Position numbers and translations under genes: made by a program. Below are positions 50,304 to 63,752 of a stretch of 64,000 nt of DNA, piece after piece (the stretch's first letter is position 1; the number at the start of each line of letters is the position of its first letter). The DNA is taken from contig NC_068985.1 in NCBI RefSeq assembly GCF_001194135.2, positions 32,687,934 through 32,751,933 on the forward strand, written 5' to 3'. The DNA comes from Octopus bimaculoides (Eukaryota). The notes under the pieces were generated by a model. That model was not told the DNA's origin, did not search any database, and worked only from the letters and a program-made list of their open reading frames with translations.

Positions 50304-50430
50304 TACGACGGGCGTCTTTCAGTTTCCGTCTACCAAATCCACTCACAAGGCTTTGGTCAGCCCGAGGCTATGCAGTAGGAGGGAACCCGGAACCATATGG
50401 TTCATAAGCAAGCTACTTACCACACAGCCA
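50030..50430 (+). mobile_element. SINE-like repeat; a related copy lies in reverse orientation at ~63280-63440
   Basis: cagtcatttgactgtggccatgctg...gccgaactgctaagttacggggacgtaaacacaccagc has a reverse-complement match at 63.3 kb. Confidence 0.75.
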
Positions 50431-51084
50431 CTCCTATGCCTGTATTCATCTATCATATACATCATTCATCTATCTATCATTGATCATTCTTATCCACCCT
50501 CCACTCATTCACTCTTCTGTTCATTGTATTGTTCTGCCAATATTGGTAATCTGGTATTTCCTATCGTCACCCTTTCTGTACTACCTGTCATCACTATCTG
50601 TTTCATGAACTCCTTGTTATCAACACCTATCACTTACACTATTCTCCATCACTCTCTCTTCTCACCTCTACCACCCTTCTATCCCAATTAGTCTATTTCT
50701 ACCATCTTATTCATGCTACTTTCACTCACTCACTCATCTGGGTTCTTCTAACATTGCTCTCTCTTCTATCCATTCTCTCAGAGTGCCTTGAGTGAAAAGA
50801 AAAAAAGAAAAGAAAAAAACACATCACAGAATAGTGAGGACTGTTTAGTTTTAGAGGATACAAAGCAACCTCACTCATGCTGGTATTGTAATAAAATGTA
50901 CCAGTATACTTCGTGGTTAGTAAATGAGCAGAGATATGAAACTATGATGGAAAGTTTTAACCATTATCACTTTAAAACTTTAAAGTTTGTATTAAAGAAC
51001 CTGGAGCTGTCTCAGGTAGGTTGTTATCAAAAGTGGGGGTCAGGAGTCTCCAAGTCAGAATGATCCCTCAGTGCTTTGCTGAAG

Positions 51085-51088
<4 letters not shown>

Positions 51089-51175
<87 letters not shown>
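51089..51175. repeat. (CT)n microsatellite
   Basis: Direct reading. Confidence 0.95.
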
Positions 51176-51177
<2 letters not shown>

Positions 51178-51554
51178 CCTCCTTCCATCTCTTTCTCCCC
51201 TCTATCTGTTTGTCAGTCTGTCTCTCCCCCTCCCCACTCTCTCACTGAATCCATTAGTCTTGGGATAAGCCAAGTTTGATATACCTCACATATTTTTCTT
51301 CTGTCCATGAACAACCTACTCATACTTACCTCTAATCATGTACAGACTCCTACAAAGATGATACTACCACTCACTCCTCCTTAATCTTCTGCATGCGGAT
51401 ATTCATTCAAATATGCATTGATTCTATGAACAGAAACCTAAAAATAATTTGTGATGATGCAGTCATGATACTTAACAAAAATACAAACTTGCAATACTGT
51501 ATCCTCCCTACTCATGAATAACATAGAACCAACACTTTCACAATCTTGACAAAT

Positions 51555-51740
51555 GTCTTAGTGGTTATAGTGTTAGACTCATGATCATTAGGTCATGGGT
51601 TCAATTCTCAGATTGGAATGCACATTGTGTTTTTAACCAAGGCAGATCATTTTACATTATTCCTGTTTATTCAGCTGAAAATGTGTACCAGTGGAAGCTG
51701 GTGGTGGAGGATGTAAACCTTGTGGCTGGCAGACATCCCA
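51555..51740 (+). mobile_element. tRNA-derived SINE head (not a functional tRNA)
   Basis: A-box-like TAGTGGTTA and B-box-like GGTTCAATTC, without a convincing cloverleaf. Confidence 0.55.
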
Positions 51741-52528
51741 TTCAATACAGAGTCTTGTACTGTTAATTGTTACCACTTTTGATTATCAACCCACATAAAA
51801 CTGCCCCTGGATCTATAATACAAACACCCTGTTTTAAAATGATTTTAATCAAAACCTTCCATCAAAATTTTACCTTAATTTATATTCAAAACAGCTGCCT
51901 ATTAATGACAAAATGGTTTCAATAAATTCTTTGTTACTTTCAAAATTAATTGAAACAAAGTGCATTTCAACAGAAATATGGTAACAAAAAGATTATATGC
52001 CATGGAAACAAGGATAAGCTCTGGCTTAACAGGCCTATAGGCTTAATAAGACAAACTAACATCTTTTAACTAACTTAGTTGGAAGAAAAAAAATGCAAGA
52101 AACTAATCAATCTTAACACGTTGTAAGATATATTTTTCAAACTGAACGATATTTGCAAGTGACAGTGTGTAGCTGTTGAAGAAAAATACTTGTCTTACTT
52201 GTTCTTACATGGTCCCATGATATTGACTTCATGTTCTTTTGAAAATATTAAATATAGCTGACAAGTATACAATAAACTAACTATTGTTTTGAAGTGTGGC
52301 TTGTATAACTACCACATTCTACTGGAATAGATTTGCAGTTGATTAATATATTCAGATTTGCTTCTGATTCACCTTTGCACTCTCGAAAATTGAAAAATTA
52401 ATGACACTCAATACAATTTGCTTATTTCCCTGTAGAATATTCATTGAGATGATTTACAGAAAATAGAAATATACCCTTTGTATAATCATGGCAGTCATAT
52501 TAATTTGCAATCATTATTACTTGCTTAC

Positions 52529-54211
52529 CACCTTTTTAGCTGTCTAATTTAGAAGCCTACCAAATAAAAGTAATAGCTTATATTTTTAGAAGTGGCTTTC
52601 TGCTCCAAATTCTTTTATAGGCATTAGTTAAACTAAAGCTTATTCTTATTCATTCATCAGAAGTGTTGGATCAATGAAATATGAATCTGTAATGCAGCAG
52701 TTGGTGAGCTACTTGCTTTATTAGCGAACCAAATATTACAGGTACTAATTAAGAATATTTGCTTGAGGAAATATACTAAGTTTAAACATTTTGCTTCTTT
52801 GTTGAAGATTTTAATTATATTAATGTTTATAATTAGGATTTTTCTCAGTCAATTGGGTAAAGGATTAGACTTCTAACTTGTTGGATGTAAGCTGATAATT
52901 CTATGGCTAGTATGTTGAGAAGGATACTTAACTTGTATAAAACATGAAGTTAAATACAGAAAACTGAATCTCGCTTTCTTATTACAGCTCTATATTCAGC
53001 CAACACTTTGTTCAGAAATATACGTATATTGAGTTCTACACTGGGTTTTTGGTCTTACCATGCCTAAGTGAAATATTAAGAAGTATCTATTAAGATTTAG
53101 ATAAGCACTCAATAGACTCTTTTCTCTATAAATTTCATTCCTGAGAAAGAAAATATCTCTGACAGACATTTAAAAATCTTTGTAAGTTGATGCCAACCAC
53201 AGTGTTATGGTCTGAAATGTAAAATTGTTTTTGAGGTCACTGCTTCACTAGCTCATTAAACATTTCCTTTAGACTTTTAATCCTTCTCTGTTAAAAAAAA
53301 AACAAAAAAAAAACAAAACAACTAAGCATTACACTTAAGAAATAAAATGTAAAAGTTTAACTTATTCTACAATTCACTCCAAGTCAAACTGAGACCAGAA
53401 GTATGTTACAAAATAAATAGACAAGCTTTGTCATTTTACAGAAGGGGAAACATCTGAGCGATGACAGAATTCAAACCCACTGAAAGGCATTTTATTGTAA
53501 TTATACATAGAATATTTTATTTTACATTTCCCTAGTTCCTGTAGTTGCTGCAAATAGATTAGATTTTCTAAGAAAGGTCACTCACTGGTAAATACTTCTG
53601 ATCATAAAAGGTCAAGCAATTGAAAGCTGTTTACTGCACATATCTGTAGAATAAATGAATATTCATCTATTTTTTAAATTTCTATCTCATATTATATATA
53701 TTCTTATATTCTTTGTCACTCACTAGTTGCATGAATTTCTTCCACTATATGTGTCAATTTCTGGTGGGAAGTTAGCTCATTTGCAACATGGCCTGGAACT
53801 GCTTTGCTCAGTTTTGCTTATCTAAAATAAACTGTTACGTACTAAATATGATCTTGATCTAACATTCTCAGCCTCTCCCTCTTTGTCCCTCAGCAAACCT
53901 ACTTGGTTATGGGACTGACCATTGGCAAACCTACATGGAAGCTTCTAGGGGCTCACTCGGTTTCCTAGAAAGAGCAATTTCATTTTAAACCAGATTTGCT
54001 GTCTTAAACCAGATGAGTATATTGGGTAACCTAGTCCTGGATATAGTATGCAAACAAACAAACAAAAAATAAAAAAGAAAGAAGAAGAATAGAATGGATA
54101 GTCATGATAAGAATGCTGGTGGGATGATGAAATATTGCACCCAGTCTCATTCAGTTCTTTACCTGTATTGTAAGTTTGCTCAATCAAGGCTAATCAGGAG
54201 CTACCCACCAA
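52529..54211 (-). pseudogene. Cluster of six exon-like segments of an unidentified, apparently disabled gene
   Basis: AG/GT-bounded segments 54211-54163, 54036-53957, 53821-53724, 53643-53586, 53140-53059 and 52632-52529, with donors gtaaag, gtgagc, gtgagt, gtgagt, gtaaga and gtaagc. Confidence 0.45.
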
Positions 54212-55386
54212 CTGCAAATCAAATGAATGATATAATTTTAATCCTGATTCACAATATAAATTTTTACATTGACATGTAAATTATTTGACAGATGCAACCA
54301 ATTTAATCAACTTCAAATATCGGACAATTATTTTATCAATGCCAAAGGGATATAAGATAAGTTAATTCAACAGGGTTTGAACTGAAAACAGAAGAAAATA
54401 CTATAAGGCATTAATTTTGTACCAGTGGTTTGATGAAATGCTTCATATTCATGCTGTAAAATGGTTGGTATAGGAAGGGCATCTAGTTGTAAAGAACAAT
54501 GCTAAAGTATAGAAGGGATGCATTAATAGGTGTTGTAAAGTACCCTTTAGTCATGATAAAATATATTCAGTCTATGCTGTAAGTTAGCAGGTGATAAGAA
54601 GGCTATTTATAGAGCTGTAAAAAACTGTCAGATCAAGGAAAGAAGGAATGGAGGTAATGTGATTTAGAGTAAACACTCTAGTCTTGTCAAACACAACCCT
54701 GTTTGTGTAACAAAAATGTTTGTTTCATTCTGTTGCTGTGTGTGCCAGATGACATACATAAGGAAACAGGAGATGTGAGACCTAGCCAACCTATGCCACA
54801 TGCCAGCATGGAAAAATTAGTGTAAAATGATGATGATGAGGATGAGGTTGAGAATGGTGATATGATGATGATGATGTATATAAATTTCTCTTGTCTAAGC
54901 TCAAGGTCTAATTTTGTAGAACAAAATCAAAGTCAATAGAATTATCTCCAATGTATAACTTGTACTTTAAGCAAGCTCAGAAGGATGAATAGTAAGTTGA
55001 ACCTGGCTAGATTAGAACATAGAGCAAAAATACTGCACAGTATTTATTTTAGCACTCTGCCATTTCTATCCACTTTCCACTCTAATTTTGTTTCAGCCAA
55101 TGTTTTCTATATCCCTTGATAAAAGATATACAACAATATATTGTACTGCACAAAATAATAACTCTGTCAAACCTGTTATTTCCCCTCCAAGCATATCAAA
55201 ATCTGTTATAGGAGTTAATTATATCTCAAACTGAAATAGTTAAAGAGTTCTATTCCTCGATTTATGAACCCATGAAGGCAGTTCTATGTAGTCATTCAAA
55301 CTCCTAGAAATAGCAGTTAGGGGCCCTCAATTCCCTTGCTATTATATTAACAAATGAAGGACATTGGGAATGAAATCCTGAATGTA

Positions 55387-57648
55387 TTAAGGTGTTTGGG
55401 AAGTAATTGTGTTTTACCAGAACAGATATAAAAACCAATGTAAACTATGTTTATCTGAATAGTTTTAATCAAGAGTGTAATCATCATTGTTTTCAATGAC
55501 TGCAGCTAAATAGGAAAGTAACTTTTTTTATGCAACGTTCAAAGTAACCTATTTCTTCTGAAAAATGTCTGAAAGACTGTTTTCAACTTCCTCTCTCTTT
55601 CTGAATATTTTGCCTCTTATAAAATGCTCTGGTAATTGAAACAGATGAAGATGAAGGATGTGGAAGAACTTCCCATCCTAACGGTCTTATTTTCTCTTGG
55701 GTTTGTTTTGAAGAGTGTGGCCATACATTGTGATGCTGAAGAATAACACCTTTCCTGTTTACCAAAGCTTGCCACTTTCGACATAATTTTTCATTTACAT
55801 GATCAAGATGTTGGCAATAGACATCTGCATTGATGGTCTTTCCATGTTCCAGTAGCTTGTAATGGACAATATATTTCATGTCCCACCAAACACAGCAAGG
55901 ATTTTTGTGGATGGAGTTCTAGTTTTGGTGTTGGCCCTGGCCTATTATTACATGATAACTATGTCTTTTTCATTATCTGTTGTGATGCAAAACCCATTTT
56001 TCATCACCTGTGACAATGCACTGCAGAAATGGCAGGTTGTTATTCCTGGTTAGATGACTGCTGCAGATGATGGAACATTGTGTTCTGCTCTCAAGCATAA
56101 ACTCATGTGGAACCCAAATTCCCTCTTTGCATGTTTTCCCCATTTGCTTGAGATGTTTGTGGATAGTTGAACATGAAACCTTAAGTTTTTGTGCCAAATC
56201 TCTGGTGCTTTGACATGGATCTTTTATAACAGTCTCATTCAAAAGGTTATCATTCAGTGTGGGTCATCTTCCAGAGCAAGGTCTGTCAGATATATCACAA
56301 TTGCCATCTTTAAACCTTTTAAACCACAGCTGACATGTATGAGCTTTCACTGTATCGAGATACCTTTCACAAATGTTTTTCTTTGCTTCTGTAGTGGTAC
56401 TTTTCTTTTGAAACTCATACAGTAAGGAATGGTGAATATGTTTCATAAAGTTCCCATCCTTCAAGAGGTTAATTACTGAAATAACTATGAATGACACATT
56501 ATTGGAAAGAAGAAATGATATATGATTTCTAGACAGTTCTTGCCCATTCAACCTTGGCTCTGACATGATTGGTTGATTCATATTTCATAGTAGTGAAAAA
56601 TCGCAATTACTTTCCGAACGCCTTTGTAGTGAAACCTTTCTCTCAGGTATTTATTTACAAATGCGAACGTAGCGGCTAACATCTAGCCTTTGGCCCACTT
56701 GGACCCTGCTGTGTCCATCATCCTGATTGGCTCTTATTTGCACGGCATTTGTCTCCAGTTCTGTTTCGCGCCAGGGTGAACATCAACCAATCATGGCCTT
56801 CTGATAAGGTCACGTGAGAGAGTGTTTTTATGCTGTTTCTGGAACCTCTTTTTACCTACAAATAGCCCTGTTTTATCCACGCCAGTTTGTCTTCGATTTC
56901 AGATCTCTCACAGGTCTTGTCATTGACCATCTCACAGCACACAGCTCCAGCCAGTTTCCAGCGACGACGTCAACACCACCGTTCTACTGTCTACCACAGT
57001 CACATCGCCAGTGCCAACACGACACTACCAGAGTACACACTACAAACAGCAATTGCGGTTTCATCTCAACACTGTTTGTGTGGATTGTTTCCACCTCGAA
57101 AATAACAGCCAGAACAACCTGCGAGAATCTTCTGTATTCAAGTAACCGGCTTGGCATAGAAGCCTCAACTTCACTCCTGACATGTGACACTTCAGCTCTG
57201 CCTAGAAGCCACAATCTCTTATGTACAGACATTCTACCTACTGTGTAACTCTTTTATGAAGTGGTACTTTCTTATCTTTGTTCAGGACACTTATCGTCTA
57301 TGTTACAGACTCTCATTCCATGCTCTGTATTTCTCATTCACACACATACACACATATTATTGTATACACACTCTTGTTCATACAACGGCCCGTCATACAT
57401 ATTGTTTACATTACCGCATGCACGCACACACAGACACACAGTTCACTACCCTAACAAACTTATTCTTTATATATATATATCTAACGGTTGTGTCTCTCTC
57501 TTTCCTTGCTGGCATTTCCTCGCATCTCACATGCAAGTACTCTTATGTTATATTACATATTTTGTGTCGACCATGCGACGCATTAAAAGGAGCCTCTTCT
57601 GTTCGTCGCCATCTCCTTTGGTTCGTATGGTCGTTCTCTGCACCTTAA
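55387..57648 (-). mobile_element. Full-length degenerate mariner element whose TIR is split by a solo LTR
   Basis: ta|ttaaggtgtttgggaagtaattgtgtttt ... aaaaatcgcaattactttccgaacgcctt[LTR]ccttaa|ta; transposase motifs WVPHEF, IVTGDEKWV and WEVLPHP on the minus strand. Confidence 0.9.
56625..57642 (+). mobile_element. Solo LTR (1018 bp) with 4-bp TSD CCTT, related to 13223-14320
   Basis: Termini TGTAGTG...CTGCA, CCTT at 56621-56624 and 57643-57646; shares CCAAT/E-box and 3' motifs with the 13.2 kb LTR. Confidence 0.9.
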
Positions 57649-58307
57649 TATAAAAAGATAGGATGGTCATGACCGGAATGCCTTTGACTGTAGAACTACT
57701 AAATTAATGCTGACTTAGGGCTACAACAACAACTTCTCAATCAGTTATATTTGCTTCTCTTCCTAGTCACATGACTGGTCTGCTTTTGAGTCAGCTAATT
57801 TTGCTGCGACATCAGCTAGAGACACCATCACATGATGGCAAGATCTTCTGCTGAATACACTGTACCATGTACTATATATGCTGGTGCATAAGATGCACTT
57901 TTTTATTTTTAAATGTAACAAACAAATAATTGCCAAGTGTTTAATGCAACCACATTAAAGAAGGGATACTGAGTATATGAGTGTATGATTAAATATATTA
58001 AATTTTCCACAAAATGTGTTTGTCCTATGCAAGAGTACACCCTATACATGAGTAAACATGGTAGTTAAAAAATTTTCAGGTGCTGACAGGATATAGACAA
58101 GGATTGTCATTGTGAATGAACTTTCTTCATTGCTGAATGGGCTAGTGCAACTCATATTATAATCAAATACACAAACTTATTTTTTTTCTCAAAATCTGTT
58201 TAGTGAGAAGAACTAAGTTTTCCTTGTACTAAAATGACTTGTAATACATTTTTATCAGGAAGAGGTAAAAAGAATGAACCATTGACTTCTAGTACTTTGT
58301 ATCATAC

Positions 58308-58394
58308 CTCTTGCTGTGAGTTGATAGATGTCTAGAAAAATCTCTGTCAGTTCCTTTTCATCTTTTGCATTATGTTTAAACATAGACTCTACTA
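58308..58394 (-). CDS. Candidate exon (VESMFKHNAKDEKELTEIFLDIYQLTAR) of the same minus-strand locus
   Basis: cttaacttgtag| acceptor and G|gtatga donor, 87 nt, phase 1-1, open frame with protein-like composition. Confidence 0.35.
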
Positions 58395-59636
58395 CTACAA
58401 GTTAAGTTGTAATACTCATTCTTTTTTTATTATCACATTCATTGATTTTGTTTTGCAATCAACTATGAAAATCGTTCTTCTTGGCCAGAGCACTAAAGTT
58501 TGTATAAACTTAGTCTCAACCACTATTTCTAGCAGCAAGAATTAAATTATTAGATTGTTGGAATATTTATGGTCTTTTATTTTATTTCTTTATATATTAT
58601 CTGATGTAAGTGTTTAGGTTCAACAAGACTTACTTTATATATTATTATTCTCAAGTCAAGACAGCAAGCTAGTAGAATTGCTCACATGCTGGACAAAATG
58701 TTTAGCAGTGTTTCATCCATTTTTACATTCCGAGTTCAAATACCGGCAAGGTTGACTTTGCTTTCCATCTTTCTGGGGTAAATAAAATAAGCACTAGTTG
58801 AGCACTGGGATTGATGTAATCAACTTACCCCCTCCCTCAAAATTTCCATTTTGTACCAATATTATCTTTAAGCTTATTATTGTCGACTTAACACACTGTG
58901 AAGTGGTTGGTGTTAGGAAGGGCATCCAGCTGTAGAAACCATCCCAAATCAAACTGGAACTTGGTGCAACTCTCAAGCTTGCTAGCCCTGGTCAAACCAT
59001 CCATCCCATGCCAGCATGGAAAACAGATGTTATAGGAGGATGATGACGAGACCAAAATCTTATTTCTCATATTTCAACAAATGGAAACCTTTGACTTTTA
59101 ATCCGCGTCTATCATAAATTTTTTTCAAAAGTTNNNNNNNNNNNNNNNNNNNNNNNNNNNNNNNNNNNNNNNNNNNNNNNNNNNNNNNNNNNNNNNNNNN
59201 NNNNNNNNNNNNNNNNNNNNNNNNNNNNNNNNNNNNNNNNNNNNNNNNNNNNNNNNNNNNNNNNNNNNNNNNNNNNNNNNNNNNNNNNNNNNNNNNNNNN
59301 NNNNNNNNNNNNNNNNNNNNNNNNNNNNNNNNNNNNNNNNNNNNNNNNNNNNNNNNNNNNNNNNNNNNNNNNNNNNNNNNNNNNNNNNNNNNNNNNNNNN
59401 NNNNNNNNNNNNNNNNNNNNNNNNNNNNNNNNNNNNNNNNNNNNNNNNNNNNNNNNNNNNNNNNNNNNNNNNNNNNNNNNNNNNNNNNNNNNNNNNNNNN
59501 NNNNNNNNNNNNNNNNNNNNNNNNNNNNNNNNNNNNNNNNNNNNNNNNNNNNNNNNNNNNNNNNNNNNNNNNNNNNNNNNNNNNNNNNNNNNNNNNNNNN
59601 NNNNNNNNNNNNNNNNNNNNNNNNNNNNNNNNNNNA

Positions 59637-60136
59637 CTGGGAACAACAAAGTATAACTGGATGTCTGGGTAATGTGATGTACATGGTAAAAGGACCAAAA
59701 TATGAACACAGAAGGCATTTAAACCAATTAAAAAAAAGATATACCAAAAACCAAGAGAGGCGAGAAGAACCAATGGATTTATGGTATGATTTGTTCAAGG
59801 TCCCAGAACCACAAGCAGAAGCAGAACCGACATGTAGGTCAAACAGGAAGAGAAAACCTACAGAAATGATGGAAATTAACGCTAAGAGGAAAAGATATGC
59901 CAGTTTCTCACCGAGGAAATAAAATTGATAAATTCAGGTTTTAAAGACTCTCAAAAGGGGGAGGTGGTGTGTGGACACCCCCAGGTGATAAGTAGGCTAG
60001 TTCAATACGTATAAATGGCTAGATGAAAAGCGAGCCGGAGTCGTTGGTAGACTAGACGTCGAGTTCTGTTGAGTCAAGTTGTCGGAAGTGAGAGTTGAGT
60101 TGTTGCGTAGAGGTCATTCGAACGGGTGATATAACA
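59637..60136 (+). mobile_element. Gypsy element 3' end: integrase C-terminal tail, PPT and 172-bp 3' LTR (59965-60136)
   Basis: ORF 59674-59922 (GNVMYMVKGPKYEHRRHLNQLKKR), purine tract AAAAGGGGGAGG directly followed by TG...ATAACA; upstream sequence lost in a gap. Confidence 0.8.
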
Positions 60137-60389
60137 AAAAGGAAGCAGAAAAATGCATGTATCTATAATTATATAATAATAATGCCACAATCCACCATAA
60201 GGGAAGCAGGTAGTGTATATTTTGTGTCTTAAATAAAGAAAAGAAGAGATTAATATAATATTAAAAGGTATTGAGAAAGAGAAAAAGAAAAAGGAAAAAA
60301 GAAGCAGGAAAACGCATGCATATGTAAATATATAATAATGTCATATAATATCATACTTATCTATAATACTGCAATATAAAAACTTAAAG

Positions 60390-60430
<41 letters not shown>

Positions 60431-61057
60431 TATTTTGAATTGTGACTTGAGTGGAAATTAGCCATCTCCACATCCCTGTAACATATAGCTGTTAATCATG
60501 CAAAAATCTTTATATAAAACTTGCCACAATAATTAAGCAATGAAATCTGCCAAAGAACAGTTTTAGGCCTATTTCGTCTATATGATGNNNNNNNNNNNNN
60601 NNNNNNNNNNNNNNNNNNNNNNNNNNNNNNNNNNNNNNNNNNNNNNNNNNNNNNNNNNNNNNNNNNNNNNNNNNNNNNNNNNNNNNNNNNNNNNNNNNNN
60701 NNNNNNNNNNNNNNNNNNNNNNNNNNNNNNNNNNNNNNNNNNNNNNNNNNNNNNNNNNNNNNNNNNNNNNNNNNNNNNNNNNNNNNNNNNNNNNNNNNNN
60801 NNNNNNNNNNNNNNNNNNNNNNNNNNNNNNNNNNNNNNNNNNNNNNNNNNNNNNNNNNNNNNNNNNNNNNNNNNNNNNNNNNNNNNNNNNNNNNNNNNNN
60901 NNNNNNNNNNNNNNNNNNNNNNNNNNNNNNNNNNNNNNNNNNNNNNNNNNNNNNNNNNNNNNNNNNNNNNNNNNNNNNNNNNNNNNNNNNNNNNNNNNNN
61001 NNNNNNNNNNNNNNNNNNNNNNNNNNNNNNNNNNNNNNNNNNNNNNNNNNNNNNNNN

Positions 61058-61121
<64 letters not shown>

Positions 61122-61455
61122 TATGAGTGAGCACATGTGTTGTATTTAGATGCTAATATAGAATTAACTTTTCCAATATTCCTTTCAGCATTTACAAAAA
61201 TATCTGGAGAGGAAAAAAGAAAAAAAATCTTAAATCAATATGAAAAAAGAAAAAAAGTATATGAGGCTGAATTGAAAATCTCATCAAAACATGTGTTTGT
61301 GTATGTTGAGATGTGTATATATAGGAAATCAGTTTCTGATATGGCTGGTCATGTTTCGAAACACAGACCTGTGTATGTATGCATATGTATCTTCAGCTAT
61401 CTATCTTTCTGTTTACCTACCTACCTACTTACCAACCTATCTATCTATTGATTTG

Positions 61456-61528
<73 letters not shown>

Positions 61529-61650
61529 TTATCTATCTATCTGTCTATTTATCTGTCTATTTATCTGTCTGTCTGTCTATCTATTCATCTATCTATCCAT
61601 CCAACCATCTATCCATCCATCCATCAATCAATCAATCAATCTATCTATAT
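61058..61650. repeat. (TG)n at 61058-61117 and (CTAT)n/(CCAT)n at ~61420-61650
   Basis: Direct reading. Confidence 0.9.
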
Positions 61651-62249
61651 TTCTTATGTATGCACTCCATATGAAGTATGTGCTAGAGTGAACAGATATT
61701 TAAAAAAGTACATAGATACTGTTATATATTTATACATTTTCAGAAATGAGAAAAAAATAAGCTCCTGTTCAAGCTTATCAAAATAAGACTAAGAAGAAAA
61801 CATGTGAACGCACAAATACATCTTTATGTAACTAGAGAATATTTGATACTTCAGATGAAGTTCAGATGTAGTTGCATGTGAAAATATACTCACACATATG
61901 CACAGAATGCACAGTGTCGTACATATTAACTACACTGTTGAATGATGGTACACTACTTCAACATGCATCGTACTGTTCAAATTAATGTGCCAACGCACAG
62001 ATGCAAGCACACATATAACAGTTAAAAATACGTATTTTACTCTGCATTTTGGCATTGAGTTCTCTTTTGATTTACATTGCTTTATTCCTACTACTATACT
62101 CCTCACAGAATAGAATACTCTTTGCACTTTAAACACACACACACATCCATCTAGTAGACCTTTCCACAAAAAATTATAGGCATGACCACATGCAATTACT
62201 TTAATAAATGTTTAATGTATTACATAGAAGACTTAAAAGAATGCACTGT

Positions 62250-63270
62250 GAGATGTTATTTTTCAACAAAGAAGACAATGAAAAAAATACACTAAAAGAT
62301 TCCAAATTCATTTTCAAGCCCAGAAAATACTTAGTAACAAACTACTCAAACATTCTGAGAAGGACATCTTCAAAATAGCAAAAAATATGAATTCCAGGCA
62401 AAAATTAGCAAAAAACATAAGGAACACACAGAAACCAAACAAAATATTTGTGAAGACAAACAAAACATAGAATTCATGTGATTTGAACTATTGACAAATA
62501 GCATCACCATCAACAACAAGTAAAGCACCAATAATACTTAAAATTCAATAAATAATACTTGAACCTTCTAAAAGGGTAAAAATTCTTGCAGTGTTTTTCA
62601 CTATCAAGAACCATAAATCCAACTTGATGATTAACTTCACAACCAGATTCATCAACTCAATGAAAACAAAGCTAGGATGAATTGGTAAAAACAGATAAAA
62701 TTTAATATGCTTTTACTGAGTCTTACTAGTTATATATTATCTAAAAATCCCAGATTAACACTTTGATACAGAAGTGCATTCCTTATAAGTTGTGATGACA
62801 CACAACCCAGATAAGCAATGGAATTATATATATTTACCCAAGTTGATCCACTCATCATTATTATAAACAGCCCTAGAATATGTAAAACTCCAAACTACCA
62901 TCATTGGCAATGCTATACAAATAATAATACATGCCAAAAAATCAATCATCGTTAACAATTGCAAATGGATGAAAAAGTACAACAAACTTCCATAGAAATT
63001 TCAAAGCTGATTGGACGATATATATATTCTAGATTTAAATCATAATAAGTGCCACACTATTAACAAAACAATTTATAGAGGTACTGGTCTATTAAATATC
63101 AAAAATGTAAATGGATAGAAGACAAATGACTTCAGAAAGGATCTCATGAAACATTTCAATACTTGATTGTTAAGATTACAGTAATGTAATAATGTCATGA
63201 TAGTCAATTTCACAGATGTAACATTCAACCTCATTCCAATCACACATTAAACCAAACAACTGACTCTTTT
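62250..63270 (+). mobile_element. Highly decayed Penelope-like RT remnant
   Basis: KDLMKHF...VNFTDVTFNL near 63140-63235 resembles the Penelope RT VNFLDVTxNL motif; hammerhead-like motif downstream on the same strand. Confidence 0.4.
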
Positions 63271-63752
63271 GTATATATGCTGATGCTGGTGTGTTTACGT
63301 CCCTGTAACTTAGTAGTTCGGCAAAAGAGACCGATAGAATAAGTATTAGGCTTGCAAAGAATAAGTTATGGGGTCGATTTGCTTGACTAAAGGTGGTGCG
63401 CCAGCATGGCCATAGTCAAATGATTGCAATAAGTAAAAGAGTGTATATATAATTATTAAATTTAATATATAAATTGCTTATTACCATGCTGACTACCTGA
63501 TAATAATCATTAACATAATTTTTATCCTTATTTTATGAATATAAATAAATAAATAAAATATTAATATAATATTTTTCCTCATCAAAAACTTGCATTTTCT
63601 GCGGTCCTATTTTGATATAAATGCATGTGGTTATCGTGAGAAGATTTAAATCTGACTTTTTCGAATCTATACTTGCAAGTACTTATATATAGATGTGCAA
63701 ACTCACTTTGTTATGGCTATGTACTAACACTTGTTTGTATATTTTCACATGT

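Larger units (their letters stand above)
18497..61057. other. Assembly gaps (N runs) at about 18497-18914, 23732-24053, 25643-25652, 33841-33901, 50231-50240, 59134-59635 and 60588-61057
   Basis: Direct reading; long ORFs made of X residues are artefacts of these gaps. Confidence 0.95.

Noticed and set aside
51555-51640. tRNA-like sequence
   Set aside because: A and B boxes only; acceptor and anticodon stems do not pair and a SINE body follows.
18320-61136. Long ORFs containing X runs (e.g. 18320-18973, 59060-59798, 60496-61136) and SIYL/SLSL/THTH ORFs
   Set aside because: Artefacts of N gaps and microsatellites.
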